A stretch of 63,017 nucleotides of DNA, the filler included, from Sphacelaria rigidula (lineage: Eukaryota): the NCBI GenBank assembly GCA_964200075.2. It is 10 parts of 10 records of this genome, joined end to end, with 100 filler letters (N's around TTAATTAATTAA, not from the genome) between each part and the next. Parts side by side here need not be neighbours in the genome. Positions count along the whole stretch, not along the records: positions 12,625 to 18,836 come from CAXNAA020021480.1; positions 18,937 to 25,148 come from CAXNAA020021481.1; positions 25,249 to 31,460 come from CAXNAA020021482.1; 7 more parts are not named here. One strand, 5' to 3'. A program made the position numbers and the translations under genes. Within the stretch, counting starts at the first letter, position 1. Each line of letters begins with the position of its first letter. Positions 13,411-26,655 of the stretch are shown here, one piece after another. A model generated the notes under the pieces. It worked only from the letters and a program-made list of their open reading frames with translations. It made no database searches and was not told the DNA's origin.

Positions 13411-15074
13411 CTCCCCTCCCGCGGTCGAGAATGAGGAAATCACCTAATCAAATTGGCAAAAATCTTCTTCTTTCTATTTCTCCACTTGTATACGGAGTTG
13501 AACGATCATTGAGATTTGTTTTGTTCCTTTTTTTATTGAGCGAGTGTTTCAGTTTTGCTTTTGTTATGCACGTGCATCATGCGACCACGGCTAGACCCAT
13601 GGGTGGTCAATTAAAGTGCGACAATCAATCAAAATCAACCAATCAAATCAATTAGATATATCCGGGTTCGCCTCAACGTGAGCAGCCCATAACCGAGAAG
13701 TTTTGGTATGTCTGCTGTTCTTTTGATCATGGGGGGGCAAATTTGCCGGCTGGATGGTGGCTTTTGCGTCGCGGTGATCAGTCGATGATGAGTATTGAGA
13801 CGCGCTGGCTTTGACAAGACCGGTGGTTACCGACGTAGCACTATCGCAGAGCGACGGCCGCTATACTGGGGAGGGTGGTGTAGTGAGTAGTTTTTGATAT
13901 CAACTGGAGCACTTTTTTCCATCGAGACTGCGGGTTGTAGACTCATGGCATGTCAGCCGTGCATGCAACATGACAGAGACTGTGTGTCTGCTGGGTTGAC
14001 ACATGAGCCAGCGTCCGTGACATTATGAATAAGCATCGCCGTACTGTACTCATGCTGTCTGTAGTACGCCGCAACGAGTGTACTACAGCTCGTCAAGATT
14101 GTGGCAGGAGTACCCACACACGAATAAGATCGCACGACGTTACCTTGGAGCGCTGTACTGTGCTACGCACTGCTTCTTGTGCGATGTTGTGAGATACATG
14201 TTTGTGGTGTGGTGCATTTTGCCCCAGCTCACCGGTTCTTATGCAGGTAACAATTTTGCGATTATCGAACGGGGAAGTATCTTCATGCCGCTGCGCAAGC
14301 ATCGAACATCTCACGCAGTGAAATACCGTTTTCCCTATATATTATACAAAGTGATTTATTTTTGGTTTCTGCTGCGGGTCAAAATTCGTCTAATAGTTTT
14401 TTTGCGACTCCGTTTTTGCGACTTCATTTCTGCGACTTCATTTCTGCGACTCGATTCTTCCGACATATGTTTCGCTCGATTTTTCCACTCTATAACCCCT
14501 ATTGATTTCGTTCTTTTGGGGATAACTTTGTCAAATGTAAACCAAACGCATCTTGCTCCACGGGGCACCTGAACACACAGCAGTTGCTGCTGCCTACCTA
14601 GTATCATCCTCCAAACCGAAGTCTTGAGTGAGAACCCCCAGCGGTTGGTGCCCATATGTAAGGATGATCTACATCTAGTATCATGCTCCAAAACGTACCC
14701 GACAAGGGGCGACATCCCCGTACAGACAGTAGCAATGCTAGTGCATCGTACGTGCTGACAGTCTCGCAGCCGGCAAGGTGGTGATGGTAGTGTCCTTCTA
14801 GCGATATCAACTTACAGTGCACTGGAGCAGAGTTTGCAGGTGAATATTTCGGCGATCACCTCACGTGCAGTTCGCCCAGAGGTTGCGGATTTTTTCACGA
14901 TATCACTGAGTAACAGTACATGCGTTTACATGTGGGAATGGACCAGGCCCCCCATTACATTACAAGGGGAGATGTACCAGACCCTGCATTATATATGAAA
15001 ATGTACCTGACCGTTGACAGAAAATTTTCTACCGTCAGTGTGAACACGATGTTGAAAGTGTACTGCGCAAATTC

Positions 15075-15152
15075 AGTGTGTTGTGTGTGTTGTCGTCCCA
15101 TCCATTCTTGACGCCGGTCTCCACCTTTCGGTATATGTGGGGGCACCAGCCG
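15075..15152 (-). repeat. Dispersed repeat with CA-rich end (probable SINE 3' end), shared with 56638-56706
   Basis: GTGTTGTGTGTGTTGTCGTCCCAT...CACCTTTCGGT.TATGTGGG in two contigs. Confidence 0.65.
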
Positions 15153-16152
15153 CGGCTGTGTTACCACACAGCTTCGCCCAAGATACAGGCAGCCATTACA
15201 GCGGCGCAGGCGGCCTTTCACTCCTGCGTGCGCCACCTGGGGCAAACGCACGCTGTAGCTGCAACACGGACAGCTTTACAAAATGTGACGCAGCGATATA
15301 GCGCGTAGCGAGGGGTTTTATATCCTGATTACACGTAGGCCGCGATACAAGCGGCTGCATTCATGATGTGGCGAACTGCATAGGACAACGCGAAATCAAT
15401 GCAGGGTAGGGATAGGCTAAGGATGTCATGTCCTGCGGTATGCTTTGTTACCCTGCACCCTGCCGCTGTGCAGTGAGCAGGTAGTACCGCCGCAGGCGTC
15501 ACGCTGCGGATGGTACGCAGTGCCAGCTCCACACCCGTACGGTAGCTTCTGCATTGAATTCAATTAAACGCACTGATTTATATAACGCGCGGAGTGCGTT
15601 ACTTTCGAGCAGCTCGCGCACTAGCGCGTGCGCCATTTTCCGTGTTGCCGACAACGCGCCAGCGCGCTTGTGCACTACATTGTTGTACTCCCCTGTGGCA
15701 GCCCGTCACAGTGTTGCTCCTCATGTAGGCATCACGCTTTATTCGAAAACACGCAGAAGAGATTCCCACGAGTCCATCGTTGTTGCACCTGGAGGTGTGG
15801 TGAACCAGTTTGCTTTCGATCTAGTACTGCCGCATGCTCCGTGCTGTACCAAATAGTATACCGTACCAGTTCAAAAACAGATATGCATGATATAAACACG
15901 GCACCGACATGCTCTGGTTATCATGAACTGTGTAAGAGACGCGGGAAGCGTAGTTTTCAAGGAATGCAAGGATGCAACATACTGCAGTACAGGCAGTTTT
16001 TATTATTAGCATGAAACACGTGATTCGAACGAGACACAAGACAAAGCATTTACATTATAATACCTGGGCGTTTTGGTACTGAAACGAGGCCACCAGTCCC
16101 TCCACTACCTACCGTAAGGAGATAGATACCACGTGTAAATACCAAATGAGTT

Positions 16153-16290
16153 CCAGGCAGACCTTGATCTCAGAGTTGAAGGGCCCAGCCGAGACCACTT
16201 CAGTTCCACCGTCGAAAATCAAGACGGCAACGTCACAAACACTGAAATAAATTGATATTGGAAGCGCCCTGGACATAAGGCAATCTATCA
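16153..16290. repeat. Dispersed ~135-bp repeat shared with 52459-52592
   Basis: GAAGGGCCCAGCCGAGACCACT...AGACGGCAACGTCACAAACAC...GGAAGCGCCCTGGAC in both. Confidence 0.85.
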
Positions 16291-17344
16291 CTAACTGTGG
16301 AAGAAACGGCTCCGCGTCTGCAGCTGCCCTGCACGTGTGTTGTAAACAGAAGTAACTCCCGACAATGGGCTTTGCGTGGAGCCATCATTCTGTAACTGTG
16401 ACTCAACATCACCTTGGAGCACTGTACTGTATAATGTACTGCTTGTTGTGCGATGTCGTGACACACGAGCTTGTGGTGTGCTGCCCCAGGCTGTTGTGCA
16501 CGCGAACAGACAGCTCCTCACGGGTTCAGTTGTGGTCCGACTGATGCTGTATGAATAGAGCCGGTTTGGCGGCGGCTGTACCCACTGCATGACTGCACCG
16601 TGGTTCGCACAGACGAGGTTGTCTAAGGGTATGACATGCCTACTCGAGGATACCGTACCCTCGTAAGCACCTACAACCGAATTGGCTGATTATCGATTAC
16701 TGCACAGACAGACGTCTCACCACTATTTTGAAGCAAATGGTACCAATTGCTCATCCACTGTTTGTCCCCATTCGCGTTGGCACAACAGCAGTCCAGAGCA
16801 GCACGCGTATGCATTACATTTTTTTCCTGTGCTTCTGCACTGTACTGAAACAGAAGTAAATGCAGGGGGCACGTGCTATTATCGCCATGAGACTCGACAT
16901 AGTTCACAGTCAAAGATACCGGGAACCTAGAACTTGCTGCCATCAACCTTTATCGCCGTCTGCGTGCAGCCATCAGTCTTTATCTCTGCAGTTTTCGATG
17001 TTCGTGTCTCACTGCACGAGTGCTCGCGATTTGCTCGTGCTGTGCTACAAAGAATCTCTTTGAAAAAACATGCGCCCCTCTCCATTTTTTGCAACTTCGG
17101 CGCGGGAGGCTCAGTACGCGTACACAAAATCGCGGAAGATGTCTCTATTTGGACCCCAGACTTTTGATGGACAAACAATGGGCGAAGGCGAACAGAAGTA
17201 TGTACTTGATGACGTGTCCGTGTGAAATATTGTTGGATAATTCTTCGCTGAGCCGTGATAATTTGCAGAGAACCTCGACCCACCTCATCGGCATGCGATC
17301 CGCATGCTACCGCATTGTGCGCTGTAAAATATGGCGCCATCCAC

Positions 17345-17830
17345 CGCGCCCGGAACAATTTGAAAATGGTATGGGTATCAGATTATTTTGCAGCTTGATA
17401 CAGCTGTAGTACAGAAAGAACAGTACAATGGTGGTAGTACAAACAGTGGTGCGGTGCTCTGTGCGCGTGATAAGAGGTACAATATCTCAAACTCGTCGTT
17501 TCTGTATATTGAAACGCAACTGTAGTGTTGCACATCGTGAGGAACAAGGTGGCGGAGAATAGTTCAACCGTGGTATGAAAGTCTATAGGGAACGGTCTTG
17601 CAGCGTGCGACATGAACTGCTAATACAACTGCAGTCGATTACGCCCGGGACAATCTGAAGATGGTGTGGGGATTAGATTGCGGAGCTTGATACACTGTAC
17701 TGTTGTTGCACGTAGTGGGGCACAGGGCGGCGGAGAATAGTTCAACCGTGGTATGCGGCAAGTCTATGGGGAACAATCCTGCAGCGTGCGACATGAACTA
17801 CTTATACAGTTGCAGTCGGATATACCGGAA
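17345..17830. repeat. Degenerate tandem duplication
   Basis: GGCGGAGAATAGTTCAACCGTGGTATG and GCAGCGTGCGACATGAACT each occur twice, ~178 bp apart. Confidence 0.75.
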
Positions 17831-18761
17831 TTCTCGAGTTTGAGACAGCGATGCGCACGCGTGACCGCGCGAAGAACTCCCATACCTGCCGCACGCCGGT
17901 GCGGCCAAGAGAGGCTCTGCTCAACAACATCGCGACGACTGCGTGCGGTCATGAACGCCCGCCGAAGTACTGCCGGACCAACCACCGCGATCACGCTTGT
18001 TCGAAGGGTCGCGAACGCGAGCGTATGAACGTTCCGCTCACGCCCACACAAAGAGTAGCACAAAATACGCGGACTGGATTCCTAGCATTGGCGTTCGTCC
18101 GAACAGTCGTCCCCGGGCGCGGGCGCGGAGGAACTTGCACACAAAAATCAGCGTTAATGTCGTGGCGCCTCCCTACGAAGAATTCTGCGCGCTCGTGAGT
18201 TCGAAATATGATACACATACTACACTATAGACATGATCACGCCCTTTTCCCGCGTTTGGGTAGACAGCTGTGTTTATACAACGCGTATATCTACATGTCT
18301 TCATCACAGTGAACTGCGACACAAGACAGGGAGAGGTTGCAAAGGGAAATATCGTGAACGTCGTGTGGCCGAAAGGGGTATCCAACATTGACGTATTGTC
18401 GCAGCTCTCAAATGAAATCTACATGAAGCGGTACTTTTGTAGTTGTATTCAATATACGACAGTACAGGCAGATAGTACAGACAGCACAACGCTGGCCTGT
18501 ACTGTATGCACAGTATAATAGTATGTATTGGGCCGGTTCCCCTATATCTGCCACTGACGGTGTTGTACGGGGAAGATCACCGGACTCGCTGCCTCGCTTC
18601 TTCTCCACTCCTCGTCTCTGCGAACATGTTCTTCTCAACTTGATTCGAGGTACCCCTACCACCTACCGTTTCGGTATACCCTCCCCAGGCCGACGCTGCC
18701 GGCATGCATGTGCGGTGCAGTACAGCTACTACTGTCGCCATCATCCGGCGAACAACGGGGT

Positions 18762-18800
<39 letters not shown>

Positions 18801-18836
18801 CCCTTCCTTCTCTTCCTCGTTTGCTGTTTTTTTCTT

Positions 18837-18936
18837 NNNNNNNNNNNNNNNNNNNNNNNNNNNNNNNNNNNNNNNNNNNNTTAATTAATTAANNNNNNNN
18901 NNNNNNNNNNNNNNNNNNNNNNNNNNNNNNNNNNNN
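18837..18936. other. Artificial contig linker
   Basis: Same 100-bp spacer. Confidence 0.98.
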
Positions 18937-19059
18937 ATGTTGAGGATTGTGATGCTAGCAGGTCTGCTAGTACTGCAGCGTCTAAATGCTGGGGAGTCCC
19001 TCAACAGCATTTAGACGCTGCAGTACTAGCAGACCTGCTAGCATCACAATCCTCAACAT

Positions 19060-20055
19060 AGATGATCGGCTGTTTTTAGTAGAGCAGGTCACGATGCTCG
19101 GTTCGCCAAGTGAAGCTTGGGACCACATCGTGAGATACTACAAAACCCCTGCTAGCACTGAAAAATCGAGGCTTGAGATGGAGTGGAAAAGTCTTCAGAT
19201 GGGTGTTAGAGAGTTGCCCATCATGTACTTCAGCGGAGCCAAACTCATTAGGCACAAGAGAGAAAAACATGGGATAATTGTGACTGATTCTGATTCATGC
19301 AGGCATTTTGTGCGCCGTTTATCCTCGAAATACGATGTGCAGAAGAATGTACTTCTAGGAATGGAGGACCTCGATTTTGATGTTGTAGAGCAAGTTGTGT
19401 CAATGGCTCATGGAGAGAATGAACTGGCGCGGGCAAGGTTAGCAGATGCACAGCAGGGCAACGCCCTTGTCGCGGCAACCAGTGGTAGCCGTGGCAGAGG
19501 AAGGCAGAGTTCACAGAACTTGCGATCTACGGGAGGAACCAGACGTCGTCAACCTCAACCACAACATAATGAGGTATACTGCAAGTACTATAACACGCAC
19601 CAACACGATAATTCAAATTGCCCCGCTCGCCGCGGATTGCATGCTCATGGGAACCGTGGCAGCAAAGGGGGGTGGTATACTCCGCCATACCCCGAGGCCT
19701 TTGGGGAGCGGGGCATGCAGGGACAAGGACAGCAGCAGCAGCAGCCCCACGGACAGCATCAGCAAATCCATGGATTGCAGCAGCAAGGACGGCAAGGAAG
19801 GAGAGGACCGGGACGTGGTTTCAACCCCAGGTATGGTGATGATATGCGAGGTGGTAGATTTGTTGAGTCGTCAGCGCACCCGGGTAAGTCACCTGCCACA
19901 CAACGAGCAGCCTGCCGAGGGGTACGACTCTTCTAGTTACCCTGATGGGCTGTATCGGCCATTTGGGAATGAGCCCCCCATATACCCCGCAGACCCCCGG
20001 AAGCGTTGCACTGCCTCTGGGGATCTTGGCCACATGCATACACACTGTCCCTGGT
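19060..20055 (+). pseudogene. gag: copia gag (UBN2-like region plus two degenerate zinc knuckles)
   Basis: SPSEAWDHIVRYY...KSRLEMEWKSLQM; CKYYNTHQHDNSNC and CTASGDLGHMHTHC. Confidence 0.8.
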
Positions 20056-20539
20056 CCAAGGGAGGTCGTCACATCAACCACTATGTCCGACATGCTGCAC
20101 TGCCTCATCACGGGGGACAGCACCCCCGTTCCAATCCTTCATCCATGTCACACTCGCACGACGTGGTCAACGCCGTGCAACTTCACAATGACATTGCGTA
20201 CTGTGACGATTATGGTTGGTACGGGCCGGAGGAGGACGAGTGCAGTAGGGAGGAAAGGCAGAACTATTTCAACGGTTCAGGGTTTGCTCACTGTGTGCAA
20301 TCGCCCGACCCGGGATACTACAGTCACGGGCAGCAACTTCAACTTCCTCTCCAACATCAACAGCAACATTCTCCGCTTCGCGCGCTGCTGACACGTCTGC
20401 TGCCAGTTCAATATCTTCGACCCCTTTGCATTTGTGTGTGACAAAATCTGTGTGTGTTTCCAGGTTTCACCTAGACGATGTAGACTCGGAGAATCTTGCG
20501 TTGCTTTACCAGGGTGGCAGACTAGATATGGTAGGGGAC

Positions 20540-20900
20540 GGAACTGAAGAGTGGCTGGCTGACAACGGAGCCAGTCATGACACAACTGGATTCATGGATG
20601 GAATGTTCGATCTTCGCCCTCCCCCAACAGGGAATGAGTATGTAGTTGTAGGGAATGGTACCGTACTTCCTGTGATCGCTGTAGGGAGCTTGAAGCTCTA
20701 GTTCCACCTGCCTGGTCCCTTTGACGCCCCCCCTTCCGATTTCTGTGTACAACTGACGGACTTGTACGTACTTGAAGATATTCCGTTCAATTCGTTTTCT
20801 TTGCATCAGGTTCAAAAGAGACAGGACGTATTGCTTAGTGAGTCAGGCGTGCATTTGTTCAACGGTAGACTGCGGTTTGATCGCAATAAACGTTCCTCCT
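20540..20900 (+). pseudogene. pol: copia aspartic protease region
   Basis: WLADNGASHDTT (DSGAS-like motif), VVVGNGTVLPVIAVGSL; in-frame stop at 20699-20701. Confidence 0.85.
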
Positions 20901-21006
20901 CGCAGCGAGCAAGTAGGCTTTCACCAGAGTATGTTCACTGCCCCCTGGCTGCGCCCGCTGTCGCAGTCACTTCCAACCCCGCCGTTCGTTTGCCCTTGAA
21001 GTCGCA

Positions 21007-21320
21007 CAGTACTGCAGGTGTTCCCCCACGTGTCGGTGTGTCGCCTGCCCCTCGCAACAGTACTGTAGATGCTTCTCCTGGTGTTGGTGTTCCGTCTGCT
21101 TCATCCAACAGTACTGTAGGTGCTTCCCCACGTGTCGGTGTGTCGCCTGCTCCTCGCAACAGTACTGTAGATGCTTCTCTTGGTGTTGGTGTTCCGTCTG
21201 CTTCACCCAACAGTACTGTAGCTATCCCCCAAGGTGTTGGTGTCCAATTTGCTTCGCGTAATAGTACTGTGGACGTTTCCCCTGGTCAAGATGGCCGTCC
21301 TGATTCACAAAACAGTACAG
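21007..21320 (+). repeat. In-frame 51-bp (17-aa) minisatellite, ~6 units, inside pol
   Basis: (C/T)AGTAC recurs at 21007, 21058, 21109, 21160, 21211, 21262, 21313. Confidence 0.9.
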
Positions 21321-21649
21321 TAGTGATGTTATCCCCCAGTGCGAGCTTCCCGCCTACTCCTACAAGAAGTAGAGTACCTTCGTCCCCCGGAGTACTCTTA
21401 GTGTCTACCTCCTCTGCTACTCCAATACCCGCCAGGAATCCCTCAGGTCTTGTAGGAGTAGACGGACTTTTTTTGCTGGACCTTCGTGTTTTTTAAGACG
21501 AACACTTGATGGCAGGATATGATGAGACACCGTATCAGGATGTTTTTCCGCGTTTTTTTAGAAGGGATGATTTTCATGGTACAGGAGACGATAGCATGGC
21601 CCTTGCCGTACCTGCCCCCAATGCACGCCCCCTTACAGTCGGGAATCCC

Positions 21650-22560
21650 ATCCGCGAAGTGGATATTAATTTATTCCATGTTTCCCTCGCCCACGCAAAT
21701 GAAGCCCTGTTGCGAGACAGTGAAAAACAACAGGGTATCACCCTCACTGGGATGCTTCAGCCTTGTTCAGGATGTTTGGAGGCTAAGGATCGACGGGCTG
21801 GCATCCCACGGCCGCTGGGTCTGCGTGCGACGACCATCCTCGGCAGGGTGCATCTGGACATCACCGGCCCTCATCCCCGCACTCTTGGTGGCTCCACGTA
21901 CATGCTGGCATGCGTCGACAGTAAGTCCCGTTTCATTGTAGTGTACGGGCTATCCAGCAAGGCCGACACGCTCGCGAAGGTAAAGCGTTACATCGCCGAC
22001 GTGCGCGTGATCGGTGCTCCGCAGTGCTCCCGCATGGACAACGGCGGTGAGTTCACTTCTGGATCCTTCATTGCTTTCTGTGACGACTCTCGCATTCGCC
22101 GGGAGTACACCCCTCCCGACACCCCGAAGCAGAACGCCGTTGCCGAGAACGCGATCTAGCGCGTGCTGAAGGCGGAGCATGCCGCGCGACTAGAGGCCCC
22201 TCGCCTTTTTCCAGGCGCCGGGATCGGTGACAGATCTCATCTCGGCGAGGATATGGAGCGACTATGGTTGGAGGCTGCGGACTAGGCGGCGGACGGCTTC
22301 AACGGATCCACCACCACTGCTAACCCGGGCCGGACTTCGCCGTATAAAGTCTTCACCGGGAAAGCTCCGCCCTTGCAAAGAGTGCATTTCCTCCAACCGG
22401 GCATGATGCGGGTGAACCACCGACACCAGTCGGAAGTGTAGTCTGTTGCTTGTCACTTTCTCAACAATGGCAGCAACCACTCTTCTACGACCGTCAAGGT
22501 TATTAAGGCTGCAACCGGCGCTGTGTGTTACACGAACAACGTCGTGTGGACTGTCCCACG
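21650..22560 (+). pseudogene. pol: copia integrase (HHCC + rve core)
   Basis: HVSLAH...CSGC; VHLDITGP, RMDNGGEF, PKQNAVAE; several in-frame stops. Confidence 0.93.
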
Positions 22561-23299
22561 TGCACCGCTGCAATCGGCCGCGACGCCACTCGCCGGAAGG
22601 GGGGGAGAAGGTGCGATTGCCGTTAACGCACCGCCGGCGCTTCCTTCCTCAGTCGTAGTGGAGCTTCAGCAACCACCGCCGCCGTCGCAACCGAGTAACC
22701 AGCAGCTCCCGACGCCGACGCCTTCGAGCCAACAGCGGTCGCCGCCGCCGTCGACACCGACTTCACCCCCGATTTTCACCGACATTCCGGGGTCCTCGCC
22801 GATATCCTCGGCACTATCGCCTGTGCCTTTGAGGGTTATGAAGGAATTGGGACTGGAGGACGATCCCCGGCACCCTGGACGCGCGCGTTCGAGGACCGCG
22901 CAGTACAACGCGGGAACCTCCAACAAGACACCTCTCATGCACCACAACATGGGGCTGATGACGCAGATGGACAAGCAGTCTTTGCTGTCTGCTCTTCTCA
23001 CGCGTGGCGTAGTGGATGCAGGGAGGCAACACAAGAGTGTCGGATCGGGAAGGCGAGAAGGTATATCAATGCGCGATGCTGGGAGGCTGGCCACGAGGGA
23101 AGACATCGAGATCGCTATGCGTGAGGAATGCCCGCCGTACAACCCACCTGAGCTCCCGCAGTGCCCGGCGAAGGAGTTGCAGGTCCCCAAGAGTTACAAG
23201 GAGGCGGTGAACTCCGAGTATGGCGATCTTTCGGAGGATTCATTGGACCGTCAATTTTCAGGCTTGAAGGATGCGGGGACCATAGATGCAGCCGAGTAG

Positions 23300-24250
23300 C
23301 AGTCAGTTGAAAACTACATTCACGCGAAGTGGGTATATAATTGGAAGGCAGATGAGTTTGGCTGGCCCACGAAGGTCAAGTCTAGATTGAAAGCAGGAGG
23401 GGATATGCAGAGAGCGGAAGTAGATTTTGGAGAACTGTATTCTCCCACCGTAGCTGTTTCGAGTGTGCGTTTATTGGCAGCAATGGCTTGTGAGCAGAAT
23501 CTTGCTTTGCGTCACTTCGACATTGAACAGGCTTTTGTACAGTGCGAGTTGGAAGAAAACGTGTTCATGCTCTTGCCGCCTGGTTGTGGTAGTTTTTCTG
23601 GCAAGATAGTAACAATCAATCGTTCATTGTACGGGTTAAAACAAGCAAGTAGGCAATGGCACAACCACTTGGCGAAGTGTTCGAAAGTTCTGGGATTTGA
23701 TCAATGCTTAGCGGAGTCATGTGTGTTTCGACTGATGGAGGATAGTGAGGTGACCATCACCATCGTGGTATACTTAGACGACATCTTTGCGGTGGGAGAT
23801 AAGGATAGGTAGGACAGATTTGGGATAGAGCGTAACAGGATGGTTCCGGTGAAGAATCTCGGAGACTTGCGTTGGTATTGTGGATTGTACTATGAGAGGG
23901 ACATCGAAAGAGTGACTATCAAGATATCACAACAGACTTACGCGGAAGAGTTGGCGAAGGAGTACGGAGTAGAGTGGGGAAAGAGTATTCCAATGGGTGC
24001 GAGTGTGAAGCTTGAAGATTTCAATGTACAAGAAGAGACGACGAGGTTTCCATTCCGGGAGTTAGTAGGATCACTGATGTGGTTGGCGACTCAAACAAGT
24101 CCAGACATATCTAATGCAGTACGTGCAGTAGCAAGATATTGTGTGTCCCCAAAACTATTTCCTTGGCGCACTGCCCTTGGTATTCTGGGATATGTGAAGC
24201 GTACAAGTTCACTAGGTATTACTTTCTACAGAGATAGCATACCTGGATTG
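23300..24250 (+). pseudogene. pol: copia reverse transcriptase (RVT_2)
   Basis: AKWVY, FDIEQAF, SLYGLKQASRQW, VYLDDI. Confidence 0.95.
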
Positions 24251-24720
24251 AGCTTTCAAGTGTTCGCGAACTCCGACTAAGCAAGCAAAGCAGCTGATAG
24301 GCGGTCGGTGTCCGGGGGATTGGTGATGTGTGGGGGTGGATGTGTGTCATGGTTCTCTAGGACGCAAAAATGTGTAACGCTGTCTACATCAGAGGCTGAG
24401 TATGTACCGATTACTGATATCGTCAAGGAGGTATTGTTTTTGAGACAGGTGTGGCGTTTTATGTTACCGGATGTGGTAATGCCGTGCATCCCAGTGTATG
24501 AGGATAATCAGGGGGCTATCGAGATTGAACAGAACCCTCTGACGAACTCCAATTCCAAGCACATTGAGGTGCGGCATCACTTTATCAGGGAACTGGTAGC
24601 AAGGAAGGACATTTCGATCATCCATGTAGCCTCGCAGTATCAGCATTCCAATTTCCTTACCAAGGTATTGCCGACGGAGCTTTTCACATTTCACCAAAAT
24701 TTCGTCATGAGCATAATGTC
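24251..24720 (+). pseudogene. pol: copia RNase H
   Basis: FANSD*A..DRRSVSG, WFSRTQKCVTLSTSEAEY, SKHIEVRHHFIRE. Confidence 0.95.
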
Positions 24721-25104
24721 AATTCTCCGGGATATGTGTTCGGGATATCTGTTTGGGATGATGTTGGTTTGGTTCGAATCGGATTTGAACTTGTGTGTTG
24801 ATTTGATTACATCTAATTTGGGATGGGATGAGTGGTCTCGCTAGTAAATGAATATGTTGATTTGATATGATGATATATTAACGTGGAAATTCACACCTAA
24901 TAAGAGAGGATTCTATAAAATGAGGTTCATTAACGAAATGAGGTTCGAGCTCAAAACAGTACTTTCTCCACTCTTTCAGCGATGGTGCCCGATGCCTTCC
25001 TTGTCGGCCTAATGCCCCTCGATCGCGTAGATACTTCTTCAGCGCATTTCATCGACTCTGTGAGCTTACAGCGCTGTCCGAAACCGCCATCTCTACTTAT
25101 TTTT

Positions 25105-25148
25105 AAGGGGGGGGGGGTGATATCAGGGAAAATAGCAGTTTCGGTCAG
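25105..25148 (+). other. Polypurine tract (25105-25117) and start of the 3' LTR (TG at 25118)
   Basis: AA(G)11 immediately followed by TGATATC, downstream of RNase H. Confidence 0.7.
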
Positions 25149-25248
25149 NNNNNNNNNNNNNNNNNNNNNNNNNNNNNNNNNNNNNNNNNNNNTTAATTAA
25201 TTAANNNNNNNNNNNNNNNNNNNNNNNNNNNNNNNNNNNNNNNNNNNN
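25149..25248. other. Artificial contig linker
   Basis: Same 100-bp spacer. Confidence 0.98.
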
Positions 25249-25420
25249 GTTTGGGGGCAAGTTCCCTTCGAAGTTTTTTTTTTTGTTTTTTTTTGGTTTT
25301 CGGGCCCCCCCCCCCCCCCCCCACGTCACGAAATACTGGGGTCCGCACAACTCATCTCCCGGGGCTGAAATTCACAAGGCGTTTTACGTGCCGGGCAAGC
25401 TCTCAAATGACCATCTCTAA

Positions 25421-25893
25421 GGCCGCTCGTTATAGAAAACAAAAATAAAGTCCTGTAAAAACTCTTTTTCGGTCCTTCTTCGTTGTTTCACGCCTTACAA
25501 GAGAGCTAGGCAGAGTTTGATACCTTGGAATGACTTGCTCTATTCGTTGAGACGATTCTCGGACATCTTTGCGTTGTCCGGTGGCCGCAGTTTTTCTTCT
25601 GGCTAAACTTGAATTTTTGTCCAAGAACTATCAAGAGCCGTCAAATCTACAAAAGACTGCCATTTTCCCCTGGACTTGACCGTCTCTGGACAATAATGCT
25701 TGTGTGGTCAAAATAAAAACTGCGGTCACCATCAAACGCGCAGATGTCCTGAAACCGCCTAAACGAGAACAGCGAGTCATTTCAAGGTGTCAAACTCCGC
25801 CTAGCTCTCTGTGAGATCGTAAAACGACAAAGAAGAACCAAAAATGGCGTTTTGACAGGATTCTTTTTTGTTTGTTGCCTTTGAGGAGCGGCT
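25421..25893. mobile_element. Tourist/PIF-Harbinger-type foldback MITE with TAA TSD
   Basis: TAA|GGCCGCTC...GAGCGGCT|TAA; long imperfect arms (GAGAGCTAGGC.GAGTTTGA.ACCTTG.AATGACT and its complement). Confidence 0.75.
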
Positions 25894-26289
25894 TAAAGCG
25901 GGGAGAGGTTTCCCATGACCTTATCTAAAGCGGGCACATTTCCACGTTTATTTTCTATTTTCTCCGTCACAGGTCCAGCATGACCACTTCTAAACCGGGC
26001 ATAAGTCTGTCTCACGTGTCCAGTATTGAACCGAGGTCTTAGTCTGTCTCTGTAACCATATTTGAAGTAGACGGCGAAACTGAGATTCCAACATGACCAT
26101 CTCTGCTCCGGACGGGAGTCCCTCATGACCATCTTTGAAACGGACGGTTGAACTGACAATCTTCACGTGATCTTTTCTGAATCGGCCACAAGTGTCACAG
26201 GAACATCTCCGAACAGGGTGGCAAAAGGCGAACATCACCAAGATTGTGTTCTGTAGGGAACGGGTGCGGTCGGAAGGGCATGAGACTAT

Positions 26290-26655
26290 ATTCCTTACAA
26301 AGCTCACAGATGTGTCGCGTACCGGTATGAAGGTCTTCCAGAACTCACAGAACTGTCGAGTATTGGGGGGTATGGAAGGCTTACATGACTCGCAGAATTG
26401 TTGAGTAATGAGGGTATGGGAGGCTTGTAGGACTCGCAGAACTGTCGAGCAACGAGGGTATGGGCAGAACTCGTAGGGTCATCGAGTAATGAGGGTATGG
26501 GAGGCTTGGCAGAACTCATAGGGCTGTCGAGTAATGAGGGTATGGGATACTTGGCAGAACTCATAGGGCTGTCGAGTAATGAGGGTATGGGAGGCTTGGT
26601 AGAACTCACAGAACTGACGGGTACGGCAATAGCCGGGTAATACCCCGGGTATACC
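26290..26655. repeat. Minisatellite (~40-45-bp units, GAGTAATGAGGGTATGGG...AGAACTC) of an ACAGAA/CCGGTATG repeat family
   Basis: About 6 tandem units; related sequence at 60130-60595 and 61030-61170. Confidence 0.8.

Larger units (their letters stand above)
18986..25148 (+). mobile_element. Ty1/copia LTR retrotransposon, near-complete internal region, inactivated by stops and frameshifts
   Basis: Domain order gag-PR-IN-RT-RNaseH; PPT followed by a TG LTR start. Confidence 0.97.
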
